A program made the translations under genes and the position numbers. The notes beneath the pieces are model-generated. The model did no database searches. It saw only the letters and a program-made list of their open reading frames with translations, and was not told where the DNA came from. From positions 5,379 through 69,378 of the forward strand of contig CAZSTH010000006.1 in assembly GCA_964609835.1 (NCBI GenBank): DNA of 64,000 nt, written 5' to 3'. The stretch comes from an uncultured Thermoanaerobaculia bacterium. Its GTDB lineage: Bacteria; Acidobacteriota; Thermoanaerobaculia; Thermoanaerobaculales; Sulfomarinibacteraceae. This document shows positions 25,159 to 34,300 of the stretch, piece after piece. Within the stretch, counting starts at the first letter, position 1. Each line of letters opens with the position of its first letter.

Positions 25159-27036
25159 ATGTTCCGCCTCACCGGTCTCCGTGCAATTCCGTCGGCGGCT
25201 GTCTTGGCCTGCGCGATTGCTGTTCTGCTCGCGACACCGATCAGCGGTGGCGCACAGGCCTCTCCCCCGCTGTCCGGCCAGCCCAGCGCCACCGCGGCAG
25301 CCCAGATCTCGGCGCTCATCGAGGTTAAGAAGAACCTCACGGCAGCACAGCGGAAAATCGACAGTAGCCTGCTGGTAGCCGTCATGCGACAGCGAGGTGA
25401 CGCCATCTTCGCAATCCTCCCGGATCTTCGCGACGGGGTGGCGGCGGACGATCAGGGAATGATCGAGGTGGATCTCAGAGCCACGGTCGATGATGCCCTG
25501 CTGGACGCCATCGAGAGAGCCGGCGGGTTGATCGTCAACAGCCATCCCGGCTACCGGGCGGCCCGGGCCTGGGTTCCCCTCCACGCGGTGGAGGCCATCG
25601 CCGTCCTCCCGCAGGTCGCCAACATCCGTCCCGCAGACCGTGCGACAACCAACAGGATCGACACCTCCGAGGGCGATGTGTCACACGCTGCCAACACCGC
25701 CCGCGGCGCCTACAGCGTGGACGGGACCAACGTCAAGGTCGGCGTCCTGTCGGACAGTGTCGAAGCCCTCGCGTCGCTTCAGTCGTCAGGCGACCTGCCG
25801 CCAGTGACCGTGCTTCCCGGCCAGAGCGGCAGTGGTTCAAGCGAAGGTACGGCGATGCTCGAGATCGTTCACGACATCGCGCCGGGCGCACAACTTTATT
25901 TCGCCACGGCCTTCGGTGGCCAGGCCCAGTTCGCGCAGAACATCCTCGATCTCCAGGCCGCAGGCTGTGACGTGATCGTCGATGACGTCTTCTACTTCGC
26001 CGAGGGCGTCTTCCAGGACGACGACGTGGCGGCCGCCGTCGACTCCGTCACGGCGGCCGGGGTTCAGTACTACTCGTCGGCCGGCAACTCCGGCAACCTC
26101 AACGACGGGCAATCCGGCGTCTGGGAGGGCGACTTCTCGGCGACCACGACACCAGGAGTACTGACCGGAAATGGTGACGCGCTTGATTTCGGCAGCGGCG
26201 ACGCCGGCAACGAGGTCACCTCTGACTCGCCGAAAATCTTCATCCTCCAGTGGTCGGACCCGCTCGGCGGATCGGGCAACGACTACGACCTCTACCTGCT
26301 CGATGCTGCCATGACCACCGTCGTCGGCGCCGGTTTCAACTACCAAGACGGAGACGACGACCCGATCGAGTTCATCGATTCGCAGGGGATAGACCACACA
26401 GGCCACGTCCTGGTGGTCCTCAAGTTTTCGGGCGCCGACCGGGTGATTCACGTCAACACCAACCGCGGCCGGCTCGAGCACGGAACCGACGGCCAGACCG
26501 CCGGTCACGCTGCCGCCCGCGGGGCGTTCGGTGTGGCAGCAGTGTGGTGGCAGGAGAGTCCGGGTGGCGGCACGCCGGCGGCGTTCGACGGCACCGAGAG
26601 AGTCGAGTTCTTCAGCTCGGACGGGCCTCGGCGGGTCCACTATCTGGCCGACGGCACCCCGATCACACCCGGCAACTTCTCGTCGACCGGCGGCGAGCTG
26701 CGCCAGAAACCCGACATCGCCGCTGCCGATGGGGTGTCGACGGCAACCCCGGGTTTCAACCCGTTCTTCGGCACCTCGGCCGCAGCACCGCACGCGGCTG
26801 CCATCGGGGCCCTGCTGCGGCAAGCCAATCCCTCGCTGACGCCCGCCGAAGTCCGCGCCATCTTCGAAAGCACGGCGCTCGACATCGAGGCACCGGGGGT
26901 CGACCGAGACTCGGGCTTCGGAATCGTCATGGCTGACGGCGCCCTCGCCGCCGTCCTCAGTGGCGATCAGATTCTGATCGCTGACTTCGAGGAGAACAAC
27001 TTCAGCGAGTGGACCGCGGTGGTGCCGGACGATTGA
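25159..27036 (+). CDS. Secreted S8/S53-like serine peptidase.
   Basis: The start MFRLTGLRAIPSAAVLACAIAVLLATPISGGAQA carries a signal peptide. The matching motifs are VGVLSDS, SEGTAMLEIVHDIAPGA and FFGTSAAAPHAAAIGALL. Confidence 0.8.
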   Translation: MFRLTGLRAIPSAAVLACAIAVLLATPISGGAQASPPLSGQPSATAAAQISALIEVKKNLTAAQRKIDSSLLVAVMRQRGDAIFAILPDLRDGVAADDQGMIEVDLRATVDDALLDAIERAGGLIVNSHPGYRAARAWVPLHAVEAIAVLPQVANIRPADRATTNRIDTSEGDVSHAANTARGAYSVDGTNVKVGVLSDSVEALASLQSSGDLPPVTVLPGQSGSGSSEGTAMLEIVHDIAPGAQLYFATAFGGQAQFAQNILDLQAAGCDVIVDDVFYFAEGVFQDDDVAAAVDSVTAAGVQYYSSAGNSGNLNDGQSGVWEGDFSATTTPGVLTGNGDALDFGSGDAGNEVTSDSPKIFILQWSDPLGGSGNDYDLYLLDAAMTTVVGAGFNYQDGDDDPIEFIDSQGIDHTGHVLVVLKFSGADRVIHVNTNRGRLEHGTDGQTAGHAAARGAFGVAAVWWQESPGGGTPAAFDGTERVEFFSSDGPRRVHYLADGTPITPGNFSSTGGELRQKPDIAAADGVSTATPGFNPFFGTSAAAPHAAAIGALLRQANPSLTPAEVRAIFESTALDIEAPGVDRDSGFGIVMADGALAAVLSGDQILIADFEENNFSEWTAVVPDD

Positions 27037-27500
27037 TCACCCGGCAAGCGCAAAGGGCTCGTAGGGCTCGCCGGCAAGGATCGCAGCGATTCGTTCCGCC
27101 ACCCGCCCGTCATCGTATGAGGTTGCGACGGCGGCCATCACACGGTGGGCCTTCGTGTCCGTCAGGACGTGCGCTGTCTGTTCCATGATCGTCGTTCGAT
27201 CGGTGCCGACCAGCCGCGGCACGCCGGCGTCGACGCCCTCGGGCCGTTCGGTCGTGCGCCGCAGCACCAAAACCGGGGGGCCGAAAGTCGGTGCCTCCTC
27301 CTGGACGCCGCCACTGTCGGTCAGGATCAAACGGGCTCGAAGTCGACGACGCGGTGCACCTCGTCCATCATCTCGCGGTGCTGGGCGGTGGCGCAGACCG
27401 CGGCATCGAACCGGTCGGGGCGCTGTCGCAACACTCTCACCACCGGCATCATCTTGATGGCCTCGGGCCGGATGCCGTAGACGATGAGAACCTTCAGCAT
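27037..27500 (-). pseudogene. wecB: UDP-GlcNAc 2-epimerase (wecB) remnant with a large internal deletion and a frameshift.
   Basis: The N-terminal fragment is [57 protein letters not shown], followed by a stop. In another frame from ~27329 the C-terminal fragment reads [44 protein letters not shown]. The central part of the enzyme is missing. Confidence 0.8.
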
Positions 27501-27570
27501 GGCGCCCCCCGCGGGCCGGGCCCGCACGGCCCGGCATCTTCGCACCTTCGAGGGGTGCGCTGACGAACTC

Positions 27571-28440
27571 TCAGCCGCCGGTGTCGGTGGTCGAGTTCAT
27601 CGAGACCGGGGTCACCAGGCGCCCATCCTGGGTGCTGCGATCGACAACCGTGGCATAGGCCACCACGCCGCCCGCCACCTCCAGCACGAGATCGAAGAGC
27701 TCCGCCGGCCTGCACTCGCGGTCGGTGCCGACCGGCGGCCCGAAGCTCACCTGCTTCCAACCTCGCCTCCGCACCGTGAACTCGAACGGGCTCGAGGTCT
27801 CCTCGCCGTTGATGAAGACCCTCGCAGGCGTGGCGTGCGAAGGAAAGGTCAAGACGACCGTCACCGGCTCCTGATTGAGATTCACCACGCCGACCGCGCT
27901 CTCGAAGGCGGGATCGTCGCACGCTACCGGATGCCACGCCAAGCCGGGCAGCAACAGCTTTACGCCCGGCGACGACACCTCGGCGAGCTCGACCGCCGGG
28001 ACCTCGAGGCCGAACCCCGAGATCAGACTGCCACCGGCCGCCGGTACGCTCTGCTCGTTGACCATCCGGCTGGCGATGACCAGCACGCCGTCGGAGGTGA
28101 ACTCGAGCGCCCCGACGGCCTCGCTGGCGCACCCGAGCTCGACCGCGATGTCGGCCGCCGTCCACACGATCGTCGACAGCGGCGGCACTTCGCGCGGCAC
28201 GCCCTGCGGGGGGCCGCACGGCACCGGCACCGTCATCCGCCCTGGAAGAAACTCGCCGATTCGCACGCTTCGCGCCTCATCGCCGGGGTTGCTGAGGTAG
28301 ATCTCCGACGACCACAGGTTGTCGCCCACGCCGGGGAGGTGGTAAGCGAAGACCGGCAGCACATACGCCTCCTCGGCATCGGCTGCCGTTGCCACCGCGG
28401 TAGCGACGAGGAGGAGGAGTACAGCGAGAGTTCCTCTCAT
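27571..28440 (-). CDS. Secreted hypothetical protein.
   Basis: GGGAGG lies upstream, the signal peptide is [22 protein letters not shown], and GC3 is high. I recognise no motif. Confidence 0.65.
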   Translation of the reverse strand: MRGTLAVLLLLVATAVATAADAEEAYVLPVFAYHLPGVGDNLWSSEIYLSNPGDEARSVRIGEFLPGRMTVPVPCGPPQGVPREVPPLSTIVWTAADIAVELGCASEAVGALEFTSDGVLVIASRMVNEQSVPAAGGSLISGFGLEVPAVELAEVSSPGVKLLLPGLAWHPVACDDPAFESAVGVVNLNQEPVTVVLTFPSHATPARVFINGEETSSPFEFTVRRRGWKQVSFGPPVGTDRECRPAELFDLVLEVAGGVVAYATVVDRSTQDGRLVTPVSMNSTTDTGG

Positions 28441-28703
28441 AAGGGCACCTCCCTAACCGAACAGCGCGGCCGCCGGTCGACGGCCACGACTGCTGTTCCG
28501 GTGCCCGGTCATATTTACACTCTACAGCGAGCCGTTCGGTCGATCCATCACTACACGCGCTTTCACTCTCGCGTGCTTCCCGCATGCGGTGATGCCGGTC
28601 ACGCGCGCGATCCGGGACACGGCCGCCACGAACTGGTACCCTTCGGCGTACAGAGTTCCCCGGACCGGTCATCGGCTACCGGCCCGGGCCAGACCGAGGT
28701 CGA

Positions 28704-29867
28704 ATGGACCATATCCTCCGCATCGCCGGCGTCCTCCTGTGCCTGCCCTGGCTTGTCGATGCCGTTTTCCGGCTGCTCCTCGCTCGCGCCGCAGCCACAG
28801 CCCCGGAGGTCGTCCGGCCGAGCCCAACCACATCGCCGAGATGGCTGGTGCTGATTCCGTCTCGGGCCGAGGGACGGGCGGTTCTCGACACGCTGCAGAG
28901 CATCGTGTCGGCCTCGCACGCCGATTCCGTGGTCACCGTCGTGCTGGTCGACGGCAGCGACCCCGAGACCGAGAGCCTGGCCGGGCCCCTGGCAACCCAC
29001 GTGTTTGTCAAGGACCCCCCTGGGCCGACCAAAGGCGTCGCACTGCGCTGGTTTGTCGAGCATCATTCGGAGATCCTCGAGGCGACCGATGCGTTGCTCA
29101 TCCTCGACGTCGGCTCCCGGATCGGCGCGGACTTCTTCGATCATGTCGGGTGGTGCGACGACAGCCAGGCCGTGCAGACCCGATTGCACGGCGTCGGAGG
29201 AGGTGTCGGCCGCACCGCCGGCCTCTCCGAACGGATGGCCCAGGAGTGGCAGGATCGCGGCCGCCAGGCACTCGGTTGGACCGTCCACCTGCGCGGCACC
29301 GGCATGGCACTGGCACCGGACCTCTTTCAGAGCATCGCCCCACGTCTGTGGACCTCCGTCGAGGACACGGAAGCGACTCTGCTGCTCGCGGCGGACGGAG
29401 TCGCGGTAGAGCTCGCCCCTGCCGGGGCGACTGTCGAGGACATCAAACCGAGCAGAGTGAACGATGCCGCCCGTCAGCGGTCCCGTTGGCTGCTCGGAAA
29501 GCTGTCGCTGCTCGCCCACCAGCCCCGCACTTTGGCACGGCTGTGCCTCCGCAGTCCCGCCGAGGGGCTCGCGTTCATCTGTGAGCTATTGAGCCGACCT
29601 TACTCATTAACCTTTGCCGCGCGCGCCGTGATGGCAACGGCCTTTCTCGCCGACGGACTCGTCGCGGGCGGCGGTCCGGCAGGAATCGCCATTGGCACAG
29701 TGCTGGCGGGCAGCCTGGGCTCCGATGTGATGCTCCTCCGCCGCGCCACCGATGCAGGGTGGCGGACCCTCTCCGTTGCGGCGTTGCAGATGACCGCTGC
29801 CTGGCTGCGTGCCATCGTCCTGCTGCCGTGGGCCCTCCTCGGGTGGGCGCGCGCGCGCAGACGATAA
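28704..29867 (+). CDS. Membrane-embedded processive-type family-2 glycosyltransferase.
   Basis: The matching motifs are WLVLIPSRAEG, VVLVDGSDPET, LILDVGSR, SVEDTEAT and QRSRW (a QxxRW motif). TM helices flank the catalytic region. Confidence 0.7.
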   Translation: MDHILRIAGVLLCLPWLVDAVFRLLLARAAATAPEVVRPSPTTSPRWLVLIPSRAEGRAVLDTLQSIVSASHADSVVTVVLVDGSDPETESLAGPLATHVFVKDPPGPTKGVALRWFVEHHSEILEATDALLILDVGSRIGADFFDHVGWCDDSQAVQTRLHGVGGGVGRTAGLSERMAQEWQDRGRQALGWTVHLRGTGMALAPDLFQSIAPRLWTSVEDTEATLLLAADGVAVELAPAGATVEDIKPSRVNDAARQRSRWLLGKLSLLAHQPRTLARLCLRSPAEGLAFICELLSRPYSLTFAARAVMATAFLADGLVAGGGPAGIAIGTVLAGSLGSDVMLLRRATDAGWRTLSVAALQMTAAWLRAIVLLPWALLGWARARRR

Positions 29868-29941
29868 AGAACCTCTCCAGCGTGGGTATGGCGACTGCGT
29901 TAGAATCCGGCCCGCACCGTTCGGACCTCAGGAGGACACGA

Positions 29942-30946
29942 ATGCGACTGCCACGAATGATCGCCACCCTCGCCACCGTGATCGCCGCGATGCTGCCCAC
30001 ACAAGGTGCCGCCGAGGAAGCTGCCGCTGCTTCCGGTTCGAAGGCCACCGGCACCTTCGCCACCGCCCTCGCATCGGCCCGATCGGACAGCGCCGCCCGA
30101 GAGCAGCTGTTCGTGGCCCTCGACGGTCAACTCGCGGACGACCTGCAGCGGGTTGACATCTACGGGCGCGGGGTCGGGATCTGGAACCGCAGGACACAGT
30201 TTTCTCTTGACGCCGGCCAGGTGGGCGAGGTCGTCGATCTGCTGCTCGAGGCCGAATTCGCGAGCCTCCCCGAGCGCCTCGCACCGCAAGCGCCGGACGG
30301 CGGCCGGAAGCCGGTGCGTTTGATCCGGGCGATCACGGTCCATGTCGGCGGTGAGGAGAAGACGGTGGTGCAGGACAACAAGACCGCCATTTCCAAACCG
30401 TTGAAGCAGCTCACCGACCGACTGGTGGCGCTGTGCCGCGAGCCGGCATCCAAGGGTATCGGCGCCGCGAACCTCGAGGACGGGCTGCGGAAGTTGGCTG
30501 ACGGCACACTTGCCCGCGAGGCGCTACAGGTGTCGGCCAACGCCCCGCAGATCCGTTCGCTCGACACGCAGCCTGGCAAAGGTTGGCTGTTATCGATACG
30601 CCACGGCATCCTGAAGTTCCAGTCCCACGACCTCGCGAGCGGCTACCGAACGCTCCTGGAACGCCCGCTGACCGACAATGAGGCCAGCCAGTTGGCCCGG
30701 GCGCTTCTGGAGGCGAACACGGCCGAGATGCCGCGGAACATCAACACATCCGGGCACACCCAACTCACGGTGGCGGTCCTGCAGCACGATATCCGCTGCG
30801 TGGCTCGTTCATTCGCAACCTCCGAAGACGCCGAAGCGGAGCGCGCGGCAGAGCGATTCGACAAGGTCCGGGAGGATCTTCTGGAGTTCTCCAAAAAGGC
30901 GGCCAACGAAGACTCGCCTGCCGCCACGCAGAACCCGATCGAGTGA
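29942..30946 (+). CDS. Secreted hypothetical protein.
   Basis: AGGAGGA lies upstream and the signal peptide is MRLPRMIATLATVIAAMLPTQGAAEE. The internal start was chosen over the track's 29759 start. Confidence 0.65.
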   Translation: MRLPRMIATLATVIAAMLPTQGAAEEAAAASGSKATGTFATALASARSDSAAREQLFVALDGQLADDLQRVDIYGRGVGIWNRRTQFSLDAGQVGEVVDLLLEAEFASLPERLAPQAPDGGRKPVRLIRAITVHVGGEEKTVVQDNKTAISKPLKQLTDRLVALCREPASKGIGAANLEDGLRKLADGTLAREALQVSANAPQIRSLDTQPGKGWLLSIRHGILKFQSHDLASGYRTLLERPLTDNEASQLARALLEANTAEMPRNINTSGHTQLTVAVLQHDIRCVARSFATSEDAEAERAAERFDKVREDLLEFSKKAANEDSPAATQNPIE

Positions 30947-31336
30947 TCCTCGCCTGAACGCCCTCACAGACTTCAGCGGGCGGCACCTCCCGCCCTTCAT
31001 CGCGCGGTCGATGTCGTTATCGGTCATCAGTCGCCGCCCTTCTTGACACCTGTCGGTCGAGTAGTCCATTCTCTTCATATGATCCACATCCCGGCGAGCC
31101 CCGATCGGAGAGCACGGTTCGGCGCGTTCTCCCCGATCTAGGTGTGTCGGTCGGTCACCCCGGCCCACCGCTCGGAGCCCTGGACCGGAGAGAGGAGGTC
31201 AGTTCCGTTGCAGGTGGTCGCTGGGGGGCGCGCACCCCCCGGTGCCCGTTCGCCGGCTTTTCCGGGGCTTGTTATTTCGATCCATGAGCGGTCGCGTGGC
31301 CTGTGCACCGCGACTGGGAAGAAGGAGGAGAGGACA

Positions 31337-34300
31337 ATGAGAAACACTGGACACTGGTGGGCGGGCGCCACCCTTGTGGTGGGAACCCTCTTGGTGCTGC
31401 CGTGCGTGTCGGCCGCCGGCGACGCACCACAGCCGAACGTCAACGCCGCGGTGAAGCGCGGGTCGTCTCCGGCGCTCCGCGATCTACCCGCCTTCGTCCC
31501 GGACGCCACGGCGCCCGAGGAGGTCAGGGAGATCAACCCGCGCAACGCGAGACTCCCGGCGGCCCTCCTCGAGGCCGACGAGCCCGAGGGCGAGCTCGAC
31601 CCGGCTGTGCAGAGCATGCACTTTGCCGACAATATGCCCGCCCCTGTGGTGAACTTCGAGGGTATCGGCAATGTCAATGGTGTGCTGCCGCCGGACACCA
31701 CCGGCGATGTCGGCCCCGACCACTACGTTCAGTGGGTGAATCTATCGTTCGCCGTGTTCGACAAGACGGGCGCAGTGCTCGCAGGCCCCTTCAACGGCAA
31801 CGTTTTGTGGACGGGTTTCGGCGGCACGTGCGAGACCAGCAACGACGGTGATCCCATCGTCCTCTACGACCACATTTCGGATCGCTGGGTGATGAGTCAG
31901 TTCACCGGGGATAATCACCAGTGCATCGCCGTGTCCAAGTCCGGCGACCCGACCGGCGAGTGGTGGCTTTACGACTTCCTGGCCGACGCCAACTCGGGCT
32001 ACTTCAACGACTATCCGAAATTCGGCGTGTGGCCCGACGGCTACTACTTCAGCGCGAACATGTTCGGAGCCTCCTTTCAGGGTGCCATGGCGGCGGTCTT
32101 CGAGCGCGACGCCATGCTCAACGGCGATCCAGCGCAGATGATCTGGTTCTTCACACCGGACCTCGCGGACTCGCCGTCGTTCAGCATTCTCCCGGCCGAT
32201 CTCGACGGGCTCAACCTGCCGCCGGCGGAAGCGCCCAACCCGTTCATCATGTCGGTGGACGACGCGTGGGGCTACGACTTCCCTTACGACACCGACGCCC
32301 TCGTGGTGATGGAGTTCGCGGTAGACTGGGACACCCCCGGCAACTCCACATTCGGACCCACCGAGGTCATCGATCTCACCGCTGCCGGTCTCGGCTTCGA
32401 CAGCAACATGTGCGGCTACAGCCGCAACTGCATTCCACAGCCCGATACGGCCCAGGGCGTGGACGCGTTGTCGAGCCGCGCCATGTACCGGCTCCAGTAC
32501 CGCAACTTCGGCACCCACCATTCCCTGGTGGCCTCGCAGACGGTCGACGAAAACGGCGCTGACCACGCAGGCGTCCGCTGGTACGAGCTGCGCGACGAGG
32601 GCATGGGCTGGGGCGTCTTGCAAGGCAGCACCTTCGCTCCCGACGACGCGCACCGCTGGATGGGCGACGCCGCAATGGATGCCTCGGGTAACATCGCGGT
32701 CGGCTACAGCGTGTCGAGTTCGACGGTATATCCCAGCATCCGCTGGGCCGGCCGGCTGGCCAGCGATCCGGTCAATTCCCTCGCACAGGGGGAGTCGGAG
32801 GTCTACACCGGCGGCGGTTCGCAGCAAAACACATCCGCCCGTTGGGGCGACTACTCGACCATGGCGGTCGACCCAGTGGACGACTGCACCTTCTGGTACA
32901 CCCAGCAGTACATAGAGAGCACGGGCAACGCCCCGTGGCAGACCCGCGTCGCCTCGTTCAAGTTCGACTCGTGCACCACGGGACCGGCAGGCACCGTAGA
33001 GGGCACGGTCGTCAACTCCGCCACCATGAACCCGCTCGAGGGCGCCCTGGTGGAGGTCGGTGGGTTCTCCACCGTGACCGACACTATGGGCTTCTACTCG
33101 ATCACGGTCCCCGAGGACACCTACGACGTCACCGCCTCGAAGTTTGGCTTCACCGCCCTGACGGCCACCGACATCGAGGTGTTGGACGGGCTCACCGTGA
33201 CCCAGGACTTCGAGCTCACACCGGTCGGCCCCGCCGGGCTCGACGGCTACGTGACCGGCGAGGGCTTCAGCTGGCCGCTGTACGCGATGGTCGAGATCTC
33301 GAGCGCCGGCGAGACCGTCGCCGAGCTCTACACCGACCCGCAAAACGGCTACTTCGAGGTCGAGCTGCCCATGAGCACGCCCTACGATCTCGTCGTGACA
33401 TCTCTGATCGAGAGCTACCTGCCCGCGACGCGCAGCATCGTGCTCGACATGGGCGGCCAGACCGAGAGCTTCGTGCTCGAGGATGACGGCACCGGCCCGT
33501 GGAACAACTGCCGCTGGATCGACGGCATCGAGGAGGACTTCGATGGCGGCTCCTTCCCGCCCACCGGTTGGACCACCATCAACAACGGTGGCGACTGCGT
33601 GTGGTCGGACACCGCCACGGTCGGCCGATCGAATCTGACGCCGGGTTCCGGGGTCGCCGCAACGGCGGACTCCGACCGCTGCGGGATCGGGACCACCATG
33701 GACACCGACCTGGTGTCGCCGGTGATGGACCTCTCCGGAGCGACCGAGGTGTCACTGGAGTTTGCATACTCCTACAACGACATCGGCAGCGCCGACTTCG
33801 CCGCCGCGTCGGTCAGTGCGGACGGCGGGGCCAGCTGGACCAACATCGTGACCTGGACCTCGGACGTGTCGGGAACTCTGACCTCCGACGTCTCAGGCCT
33901 GCTCGCGGGGTCGGCCAACGCCGTGGTGCGCTTCACCTACTTCGCACCGAGCTGGGACTGGTATTACCAGGTGGACAACGTGGTCGTCACCAGTGACGGC
34001 GGTGACGCCTCCTACGAGTGCACGCAGCTGTTGGGCTCGCTCGTCGAAGGCTTCGTGACCGATGCCAACTCGGGCGACGGGCTGATCGGCGCCGAGGTCA
34101 GCAACGACATCGGCGGATCGACCACCACCGTGGCCACCCCCGATGACCTGATGCTGCCCGACGGCTTCTACACCCTCTTCACGCCGCTGCCGCTCGGTGA
34201 TGGGCCGTCCACAAGGACCTTCACCGCCACAGCGAACGGGTACGGAGCGGGCGAGGTCGCCGTCAACCTGACGCCGAACACAGTCAATGCGCTCGATTTC

